DNA of 64,000 nucleotides, from assembly GCF_036365525.1 (NCBI RefSeq), contig NW_027140645.1:186001-250000 (forward strand), in the 5' to 3' direction. A program made the position numbers and the translations under genes. The notes beneath the pieces are model-generated. The model saw nothing but the letters and a program-made list of their open reading frames with translations, did no database searches and was not told the DNA's origin. Below, piece after piece: positions 54,255-64,000 of the stretch (its first letter is position 1; each line of letters begins with the position of its first letter). Source of the stretch: Heterodontus francisci. Taxonomy: Eukaryota.

Positions 54255-54530
54255 ACATAGAATTACACAGTCTTGACAGCACAGAAACAGGCCATTCGGC
54301 CCAACTGGTCCATGCCAGTGTTTATGCTCCACAAAAGACTTCTTCCACCCCTCTTCATCACACCCAATCAGCATGTCCTCTATTCCTTTCTCCCTCATGC
54401 GTTTATCTAGCTTGCCTTTAAATGTATCTCTGCTACTCACTTCAACCACTCCCTGTGGGAGTGAGTTCCACATTCTCACCACTCTCCGGGTAAAGAAGTT
54501 TCTCTTGATTTCCTGATTGGATTTATTCGT
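54255..54530 (-). mobile_element. CR1-like 3' tail fragment in an SLX4 intron
   Basis: VRMWNSLPQGVVE...FKGKLD plus a gggccgaatggcctgtttctgtgctgt tail. Confidence 0.75.
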
Positions 54531-54611
54531 GAATTTATTCCTTTATTCTTAAAAGTTTAATGCAGGAAAACTCTGTTTCCATCACACACTCAACACCAAC
54601 CATCAACTTAC

Positions 54612-54714
54612 TTGCCCAGTTCTTTCTTTAGGTGTGGGGTGGCCATTGCTGAATAAGGAGGCTCTGGGGTGATGGGCACCAATGGAAGTTGAGCTTTCCT
54701 TCGGTTGACAGGTG
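54612..54714 (-). CDS. SLX4: SLX4 coding exon (SAP/MUS81-binding region, start)
   Basis: tttcag|CA CCT...AA|gtaagt; PVNRRKAQLPLVPITPEPPYSAMATPHLKKELG. Confidence 0.94.
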
Positions 54715-55400
54715 CTGAAAAAAAAGATACAAATCAGTGAAAGAATGTTCGATTAAAAAGGATGAAAATAAGCCTAAAAATGCCATAAAAGATTAGTGTA
54801 ATAATGATGAAGGGATACTGCTATATACATTAAATACAGAAAATGACACATTTCTGTGACGTGCACTGGGATTAAAATTCCAAAACTTCTACATCTACCC
54901 CAGGACACTTGCTTATATTCTGCAGTTTAATTTCCAGCTTTCTCTGTGCTAACAGCTCAGTCACGTTTCATGTTGGCTACAAAGAGGTCAAAAATTATAC
55001 CACTCTAAAGTTTAACGTCTACTGTTATCATTAGCTGTAATTAGTACCAATAGATGATTGGTATTTTTGAGCCACTACATTTTTTTGGATCAACTGCATT
55101 TAACTTACTCCATCTATTATTTATGTTACTTGGTGTTTTGTCGGCCGGCACAGACATGATGGGCCAAGTGGCCTCTTTCTGCTGTAAACTTTCTATGATT
55201 CAATTCTATGGTATAAAAACGTCTTCAGAAACACCTAAAAGAATATTAATGTCCAAAAAAATTTCAAAGTCTTGCTGTTTAGAGATTTACACTTCAAAAC
55301 CCACAATTGATCACACCTCCAGACTCAGTTTAACTGCAAACAATCAAAAGCATGGGACTTGGAATTTAAAAACATTCCTTCATTCAGGCTGACTGCTTAC

Positions 55401-57913
55401 CTGGAGTTGTGGGCTCGCCGACACATTGTCTGGAATTAATGGGATCTTTCCGAAGCACAGGTAACTTTTGAGATAATCCCGGGAGGACTTCTGGAAACTC
55501 CTCATCTTCATCCCAATCATCCCAGATCTTGGAATCAAAAAAACTGGGATGCTGTCTGCTTGGAAGGTTCTCATCAGCTTTGCTGTTGTGGTCTACGCCA
55601 ACAGATGGAGAGGACATCCTGGGCTTTGATTTTCCTGGGAGAGGTGTGTTATTTGTGTTTTCTGTGTCCATGATAGGACACAGTTCATCCTTATTCTTTG
55701 CTTTATTGACTCTCTTGTGAAGTGTGTCTTCAGCGTTAGAATCTTCCTCTTCAAGTTGAGGACTACCTTCAGAATTCCAATATTCGTTGTCATATGGCAT
55801 CGGGGGCTCATCTTCAAACTGAAAGCTATCTTCAGCTTTAGCTGTTGGCACCTCCTCCTCAGTGTCTTCAATCTCCAACACAGACTTGTCTGTTGCTTCC
55901 TTCTCTTCAGAGCAAAGTGACACTGACAGCGCTGCTTCTAGCTGTGCTGAAGGAGAATGAGTGACTGAAGTGCCCTCACTTTCTAATTCAACAATACAAT
56001 CAGAGGTCTGTGTGGGAGGAATAGGGGATGAGGGCAGTGAATCACTCAACGACTGATTGACAGAATTCTTCTCTGCAGAACTATCCAACTCACTAACAAG
56101 GTTCATTTCTTTGGCATCTCTCAACACTGCCTTTAATGAGTTAATTGCCTCTGCTTTTTCCTGTCCCACACCATCAGATTTTAATACTGTAACCTCCTGT
56201 TCTACTGGTTTCTCAAACAATTTGTCCCTTTTGACACTCTGATTCTGTAGAAAGTGAGAATTTGAAGTCAGTGTGGAGCAGAGTGTAGTTCTTGTTGAAA
56301 GTGGAGTGGCTGGAATCAGCCATGATCCCTCCACAGTACGGTCTTCATTACTCTGTTCATCACTGCTAAGCTGTAGAGCCAGCTCACACTCTCTATCCTT
56401 AACTTGGCTTTCATGATTAGACACCTGGTTAGCAACACTGTCTGTGGACAACTCTGAAATGCTATTGTCATGTAGCTCATCCAAACTTTTGAATGGAATT
56501 CCATAAACTCTGAAGTTTCTCTGTTCATCAATCTTGGAACTTGACGCCAGGTCATACTTGAAACCTAACAGTTTACCATCTGGACTTGGTTCTAATTCAT
56601 CACTAGAACATTTAATGTCACAGAAAGGCATCAATTGTATGTTTTCAGAACAAGATGCTGACATTTTGTTTTCAGTTATTTCCATTTCCTCATCTGAGTC
56701 TATGATCAATAGAGTATCATTGGATTTATTCTCTGATGGAGACTGACTGGAATCAATGCTAATAGGTGGTGACAGATTGCAGTGTTGTACCTCACAGGTA
56801 TTGTGGGGCAGCCTCTGTAAGCTAAGAGCACTTGCTGAAAAGGGTTTTTGGTTGGATGACCGTTCTAAGTATCTTGGAGATTCTTGAGCATCTAGTTCCT
56901 GAAGGACTCTCGGATTGTCACACCTTTCACCTGCAAAATTTTGTTGTCCATTTGAAGTCGGTGAGTCACAAGACAATATTTCAGATTGATTCACACTGTG
57001 TATGGCTCCAAGGGATGAGATTACGGCTGAGACCAAAGAGAGGCGTTCCTGTGGAGATTTCTCATTTTTATCAGTTTCCAATGGTGACAGACCAACCAAT
57101 GGCAAATCAGACAAACTCGGACAAGCAGAGGGACTATCAAGCTCACACATGGGTGAAATTCTGTTAATGCTGCAATTGGCAGAGGAGCTAAACAATTGAC
57201 TGTTCTTTCCAGGCGAAGTCTTGTCTACTTCATAGAGATCAAAATCATATTTTTCCCCAGATTTCATATCTTGCTGAGATTCTACTGATAAATCAGTTTC
57301 TGAAAAGAGACATTCATCGCTGGTATTTAAATTCAAATCAGCTCGGAGGCTATGGTTCTGTGATTCTTCCAGTTGAAATGTTTTGACCTTCTGAGAGGAT
57401 TCTTGCATCTTGGACACTTCCAGAGAGTTTGAAAGACTTTGAGAGTTATATCCTGTTTCTCTTTCAGTCATGGAAGACTTGCAATTTCCAACTGTTTCAC
57501 TTTCAGTTCTTAGTCCTTCTACACTCTCCTTTTCTCCACATGCATCAGTTTCTTCTCCAGTTTCCACACTGCTGTTTTTCTGATCGAGTCCCCCACTCTC
57601 TTGAGTCTTAAGGGAGGTTCTCACAATTTTTCGCTGAGTTGCTGCAAACTCATAAAGTTCTTCCAATTCCTCATCGTCAACTTTCTCATCGACCTTCTCT
57701 TCATCCTCATACTCCACAGGTTTGATGTCAAAGGCAGGGTCCTCAGCTTCGCCCATCCACATGGACCTCAGAAGGTCCTGAAGGTTGTCTTCCCTATTTC
57801 CATACTCCTCGTCTTCTATTTTAGTGAAAGGATCACTTTCCGATCTACCTCCATCAGGCTCAGTTTCATCTGAACAGGCTTCGCAGATCTCTATCAACTC
57901 ACTCACAGCAAAC
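55401..57913 (-). CDS. SLX4: SLX4 large 2513-nt exon (acidic disordered region with SIM-like and SWLIPATP motifs)
   Basis: gatcag|G TTT...CCA G|gtaagc; lies inside the 851-aa ORF; LLRSMW, LYEFAATQRK, LLIIDSDEE, SWLIPATP and EPPMP are SLX4-typical. Confidence 0.93.
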
Positions 57914-58181
57914 CTGATCAACACACAGAAACACATCATTCTGAAAAGCTAAGGTAGCAGGTAACAAGATGTTCAAGAGGAAAATACTGTGGATGTTGGA
58001 AATCTGAAATAAAGACAGAAAATGTTCTCTCGGGGACACTTTGCAAGCTTCTAACCATCTAGTAAGTTAGTTATTTTAAGGCTTTAGAATTAAATTTGAA
58101 AAAAATAATTAGTAGCGTACTGCAGATTAATGACAACACTTCAATATTTAAGCCTGATCTTAGTACTGCATGTATACTAAC

Positions 58182-58351
58182 CTGTTCGCAAGAGCGTGCA
58201 GCTCTGAAAGCAGAGTGGAAGATACAGAGATACTTGCAGTGTACAGATATCGAAGGAATGTACAAACTGCCTCTGTTGTAACTTCAGGCAGTAAGAGTCT
58301 GCGGGTCATGAGAGCACCATCCTCTTCCACCAGGAATCCCTCATTGTGCAC
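58182..58351 (-). CDS. SLX4: SLX4 coding exon (BTB/POZ domain, C-part)
   Basis: ctgcag|GTG...AG|gttagt; VHNEGFLVEEDGALMTRRLLLPEVTTEAVCTFLRYLYTA...ELHALAN. Confidence 0.95.
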
Positions 58352-58920
58352 CTGCAGAACAGTAAGTCACCAAACTCAAGGTGTGATCTGAGTTGGCAGA
58401 ATGAGGGGATGAGAGCGGACGAAGAATTGCGATAGGCTCCACGGGTTACCCTTCAGGAGAGCACATAACTGGTCTACTATTTGCTGGCTGTCAGATATCA
58501 GTGAGTATTCTTTGGATTTAACTTTGGTTAAGTGATTCCATTCTGATGGATTCAAATGAGTACAAACTGCTATGTCAGAAAGTGTGTGACAGCACAAGGT
58601 GGGACAAAGCAGTATTGCATTACGCACATCACTAATGATGGTTAAATCGTACAGCCACACTTGGTACACCTTCCCCAATTGCAAACAAAGCAGCTTTATT
58701 ACTCTGCATCCTCTCTCACACTTGCAACATGGTGACGTCACACACCAGGAGTACCAACTAATGGAAGAGATTGCCCCACATGGGGCATAAATCCAAGGGC
58801 ACAACAACTCTTACTTGTTCTTGTGTGATTCCTAGCCACAAGGGAGAGAAGACTGAAAAGGGAGGGGGTTGAAGAAATAATTTGTATCCCCATTTACAGA
58901 AATAAATTTTTATCACTCAC

Positions 58921-59067
58921 AATTTGCACGAGCTGTGGACAGCGAGCGTATAGAACAAACTGGTGAGCATACACAACCTCACCACTGTCCACCTGAAACT
59001 GCACATCACTCAGGTGGGGATTATTCACCATCCCACCAAGGTCTTCACTCAGTTTCTTCAGTTGCTG
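58921..59067 (-). CDS. SLX4: SLX4 coding exon (BTB/POZ domain, N-part)
   Basis: tttcag|CAG CAA...ATT|gtgagt; QQLKKLSEDLGGMVNNPHLSDVQFQVDSGEVVYAHQFVLYARCPQLVQI. Confidence 0.95.
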
Positions 59068-59271
59068 CTGAAATCAAAATGCACCAAATATTAAGAACAA
59101 TTACAGGCGGCTAACATTACAAAAATAACCATCACCATTTTGTCCTGAATCTCTGCTGCAAGCTTCAAAGCTTTGATGGGAAACCCCAGAGCTACTTACA
59201 AAAATGGTAAAAACTGCAGAAATGGGATAGATTTGACTTTCACATTAATAAAGTGAAATTGGTTTGCTTAC

Positions 59272-59360
59272 TCCACGGTGTAGACTATTTTCATAATTTC
59301 TCTCGTTCTGAGCTGGAACAAATCCACTTGGCGCAATGTCATCTGATAAAGAGTCCTTTC
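59272..59360 (-). CDS. SLX4: SLX4 coding exon
   Basis: ctacag|GA AAG...GGA|gtaagc; KDSLSDDIAPSGFVPAQNERNYENSLHRG; phases 1 to 0 bridge flanking exons. Confidence 0.8.
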
Positions 59361-59869
59361 CTGTAGGGTAAGATGAATAGATACAGTAAAACCAGGAATA
59401 CAGGCTTTGATTTACAAGAATGAGTGGAAGTTTCACTGCTCAGTAGAGTGATAAACCCCTAACTATTACTACAACAATCAACACAAAGCTACATTGCTAT
59501 ACAAGACAGTTTAACATTAAAAATTCAATGGTACTCAACAGAAATTAATCTAAAAAAATGATACAAGATATTAATAGTACCTGATGAAAAAAAACTATTA
59601 CTGTCCAATTCAGAGAAAGTTGATTTAACTTTTAGATCAGACTCCAAAATAATTACCACATTTATTAAGTATTAATTCAAGTGCAATTCAATTCTAAAAT
59701 CTCTACAAATATCCACTCAAGGATACAACTGCCTGTACAATTATTCATTCCCATCATTATAATTCATATCATTTCTGCATTTTTAAACCCAACCAAATTT
59801 TTCCATAAAAAGATTCTGTAACGGTCCATGGAATATAAAGGTGCAGATCTTTAACCAGTTGTATATTAC

Positions 59870-60146
59870 CATCTCTTCCTGTTATGTTATTGACTTGCTC
59901 ACTCTTCATCCCAGAATCCCATTGCGTCAACGTCATTCCCTCGCCGGCTAAATCCATTAAGTCGAAGAACGTCTGATCCTGCTGACTCCTGCCCATAGGC
60001 ACTTCCTCAGTCCCAGTTTCACTTCCATTGCCAGCTGGTGCAGAGTGGTGATAGATCAGCTCCGAGGTGGGTTTTATAACAGCCTTTGCAGCCATTGCAG
60101 GAGGTAACATCTGCTCCTTGCCAGCTGGAAATTCCTGATCATGCCC
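59870..60146 (-). CDS. SLX4: SLX4 coding exon (upstream of BTB); first exon visible in window, acceptor slightly uncertain
   Basis: GHDQEF...QTFFDLMDLAGEGMTLTQWD...GRD|gtaata; resembles SLX4 'LQDLVDLAREG' segment; phase 1 end fits next exon. Confidence 0.78.
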
Positions 60147-60764
60147 CTTCAACAAAACACACAGTACAATTTTTTTTTTTTTTTTTTTACAGGGCTATGG
60201 GGAAAAAACAGGAGAGTAGGATTAATTGGAATAACTTTACCAAAGAGCTGGCACATGCATGATGAGCCGAATGGCCTCCTGTGTTGTATCATTCTATGAT
60301 TAGTGCTACTTCCTTCAGGATGCTAGCCTGCAGAATACAGACCTGATCCTGTGAGTTTCCCATGTGCTATTTTTGTTTGTGGACATTGTTTAAGTGTCCA
60401 TTCCCTTCTCTCGTTCCCAGGAGCTCAATGCTATCTGATAGAGTGACAATATTCTGTCCTTAGACCCAGCTCATCATACCTGGCAAAATAAATTGCACTT
60501 CACAACTGCAGAATGACTCAGGTCATATTGCAGTGACAGATCAATACTGCACCAATTAGGATATTGGTAACCTGCTACATTTGGACATTACTGATCCTTT
60601 TGGAAGTATAAAAGAATTGTTGTACATCACACTTCAGCTTTAATGGATGGCATGATCAAAAGTGATAGTAGACTGAAGACAAGCAGCAATTGCCAATCTG
60701 GAGACTTCATTTCCATGGATATTTCTCAAAACAAAAATTAAACAATTATAGAGGCATACCAACC

Positions 60765-61786
60765 AGCAGAGAAGACGGCCATTTGCCCATCAAATCGATG
60801 CCAGCTCTCTGTAGAGCAATCTAATCAGTCCCATTCCCCCGCTTGATCCCCGTAACCCTGCAAGTTTATTTCCCTCATCTGCCCATCCAATTTCTTTTTG
60901 AAATCACTGATTGCCTCCGCTTCCTCCGCCCTCATAGGCAGCGATTTCCAGGTCATTGCCGCTCGCTGCATAAAAGAGTCCTGCCTCACATTCCACCCCC
61001 CCCCCGCATCTCTTGCCCAAAACCTTCAATCTATGAATCTGTGTCCCCTAGTCCTTGTACCATCAGCTAATGGGAATAACTTATCTTTGTTTACCTTTTA
61101 CAAGCCTGTCATAATCTTGTACACCTCTATCAAATCTCCCCTCAATCTCCTTTGTTCCAAGGAGAATAACCCCAGTTTCTCCAACCTAACCTTGCAGCTA
61201 AAATCCCTCATCCCTGGAACCATTCTGGTAAATCTCCTCTGCACCCTCTCAAGGACCCTCACATCCTTCCTAATGTGTAGTGACCAGAACTAGACGCAAT
61301 ACTCTATAAAACTCTGGTTAGGACACCACTAAAGGTTCAGCATAACTTAGTTTGTTCAGTTTGCTCACCCACTGTTTTTTTTCAGGTTTGCACTTGCTGC
61401 TGTTCAATATTCAGTGCATTGACACCTAATCTGTACTAATGCTTTGTCTTTCAACACATATTGTGTATTATTAACATATTGTTTGCCTTTGCTCCATGAC
61501 CTTTTGGTCAGCTATGTGGTCTTGTCCAATCTACACCTTCTCCTTTGTTATCTCTTGCCCCACCCCCACCTCACTTGCTTATAACCTGTGACTTTTCTAA
61601 TATTTGTCAGTTCCGAAGAAGGGTCACTGACCCTTTTTTTCACAGATGCTGTCAGACCTGCTGAGTGGTTCCAGCATTTCTTGTTTTTATTTCAGATTTC
61701 CAGCATCCGCAGTATTTTGCTTTTAGTTCAGCATAACTTCCCTGCTTTTGTACGAAATACTCTATTTCTAGAGCCCAGGATCCCAT
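60765..61786 (-). mobile_element. CR1-like 3' fragment, interrupted by a Penelope-type insert
   Basis: Antisense CR1 ORF2 C-terminus; resumes after 61739. Confidence 0.85.
61349..61725 (+). mobile_element. Penelope-like terminal fragment with a 14-bp target-site duplication
   Basis: GTTCAGCATAACTT at 61335-61348 and 61726-61739; shares cagatgctg.cagacctgctgag...ccagcatttcttgttttt with 30204-30300. Confidence 0.72.
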
Positions 61787-64000
61787 ATAGAATCATAGAA
61801 AGTTTACGGCGCAGAAAGAGGCCACTTGGCCCATCATGTCTGTGCCGGCCAAGGATAAAAAAGCCACCCACCTAATCCCACTTTCCAGCATTTGGTCCGT
61901 AGCCCTGCAGGTTACAGCACTTCAGGTGCACATCCAGGCACCTTTAAAATGAGATGAGGTTTTCTGCCTCTACCAACCTTTCAGGCAGTGAGTTCCCGAC
62001 CTCCATTGGGTAAAATAATTTTTTCCTCATCTCCCCTCTAATCCTTCTACCAATCACTTTAATGTCGATGCTCCCTCATTACTGAGCTCTCTGCTAATGT
62101 AAATAGGCCCTTCACCTCCACTCTATCCAAGCCCCTCACAATTTTGTACATCTCAATCAAATCTCCACTCAGCCTCCTCTGTTCCAAGGAGAACAACCCC
62201 AGCCTATCCAATCTTTCCTCATAGCTGCATTTTTCCAGTCCCAGCAACATCCTCGTAAATCTCCTCTGTACCCTCTCGAGTGCAATTATATCCTTTCTGT
62301 AATGCGGTGACTAGAACTGCACACAGTACTCAAGTTGTGGCCTAACTAATATTTTATATTGTTCCAGCATAACCTCCCTGCTCTTATATTCTATAGCTCG
62401 GCTAAAGGAAAGGATTCCATATGCCTTCTAAACCACCTTATTGTCCTGCTACCTTCAGGGATCTGTGGACATTCACTCCAAGGTCCCTCACTTCCTCTAC
62501 ACCTCTCAGTATCCTCCCATTTATTGTGTATTCCTTTGCCTTGTTTGACCTCCCCAAATGCATCACCTCACACTTCTCTGGATTAAATTCCATTTGCCAC
62601 TTTTCTGCCCACCTGACCAGTCCATTGATATCTTCCTGCAGTCTACAGCAAGCCTCCTTGTTTATCAACCACATGGCCAATTTTTGTGTCACCTGCAAAC
62701 TTCTTGATCATTCCCCCTACATTTACGTCCAAATCGTTAATATATACCACAAAAAGTAGGGTACCTAGTACTGAGCCCTGCAGAACCCCACTGGAAACTT
62801 CTCTCCAGTCGTAAAAACACCCGTCAACAATTACCCTTTGTTTTCCGCCACTGAGCCAATTTTGTATCCACTTTGCTACATTCCCCTGGATCCCACGGGA
62901 TTTTATTTTTTAAACCAGTCTGCCATGTGGGACCTTGTCAAAAGCCTTGCTAAAATCCATGTAGACCGCATCAACTGCACTACCCTCATCTATCCTCCTT
63001 GTTACTTCCTCAGAAAATTCAATCAAGTTAGTCAGACATGACCTTCTCTCAACAAATCCATGCAGAGTATCCTTGATTAATCCATGCCTTTTGAGAGCAA
63101 CAGTTTATCCTGTCTCTCAGAATTGACTTCAATAATTTGCCCATTACTGAGGTTAGACTGACTGGCCTGTAATTATTCGGCCTATCCCTCACTCTCTTTT
63201 TAAACAAAGGTACAGTGTTAGCAGACTTCCGATCCTCCAGTACCACACCTGTATCCAGTGAAGATTGGAAAATGATGGTCAGACCCTCTGCTATTTCCTC
63301 CCTGGCTTCTTTTAACAGCTTGAGGCATATTCCATTTTCTAGGATGCTAATCCCATTAATACTTCCTCTCTCCCTATGTTGATCACATCCAATGTGCCAC
63401 ACTCCTCCTCCTTAACTACAATGTCTGCATCATCCCCCTTTTTTGTGAAGACAGACGCGAAGTATTCATTAAGAATCATACCCACATCTTCCGCCTCCAC
63501 ACATAGGTTACACCTTTTTGGTCTTTTATGGGCCTTACTCTTTCCTTAGTTATCCTCTTACTCTTAATATGTTGACAAAACATCTTTGGGTTCACCTTGA
63601 TTTTGCTTGCCAATATTCTTTCATGCCCTCTGTTTTCTGTCCTAATTTTCTTTTTGATTTCATCCTCCACTCTTTATACTCTTCTCGGCTTTCTCGAGTA
63701 TTGAGTTCTCGGTGTTGGACATAAGCTTTCCTCTTCTGCCTTATCTTACCCTGTAAGCTCTTTGACATCCAGGGGGCTCTAGTTTTGGCTGTCCCACCCT
63801 TTTTCTTTGTGGGAACATGTTTACTCTGAACCTCCTGAATTTCCCTTTGAATGCCTGACACTGATTTACCTTCAAGTAGCTGTTTCCAGTTCACTTTTAC
63901 GAAATCACTTCTCGGCTTAGTAAAATTGGCCTTTCCCCAATTTAGAACTTTAACTCCTGTTCTATCTTTGTCCTTTTCCATAATTATGTTAAAACTGCTG
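61787..64000 (-). mobile_element. CR1/HER1-like LINE (over 2.2 kb, runs off the window end), degraded ORF2
   Basis: NYRPVSLTSVMGKLL, WAEKWQMEFNPEKCEVMHLG, LFSLEQRRLSGDLIEMYK; 3' end at ctatgattctatat. Confidence 0.92.

Overview
Vertebrate genomic DNA, most likely a shark or other elasmobranch, judged from HE1/V-SINE-like and SacSINE1/DeuSINE-like SINEs and HER1/CR1-like LINEs. Two convergent protein-coding genes were reconstructed by hand from splice sites. On the + strand are the last 15 coding exons of RHOT2 (Miro2; 510-22262, 544 aa plus stop, 5' exons outside the window). On the - strand are the last 8 coding exons of SLX4 (60146-52176; BTB, SIM/TOPBP1-motif region, SAP and SLX1-binding domain; 5' exons outside the window). 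Between them lie a degraded ~3.3 kb APE/RT LINE with a nested copy of its own 3' end, a Penelope-type fragment carrying a minimal hammerhead ribozyme core, and a ~12.2 kb 30-bp minisatellite with a ~3.7 kb higher-order duplication. The ~4000-aa ORFs in the track are artefacts of that minisatellite. Repeat family names come from recalled consensus features, not database searches. I see no clearly new biological system. The best leads are the hammerhead remnants, the CACAGTG-bearing minisatellite, several nested TE junctions, and a speculative small spliced gene spanning the minisatellite.
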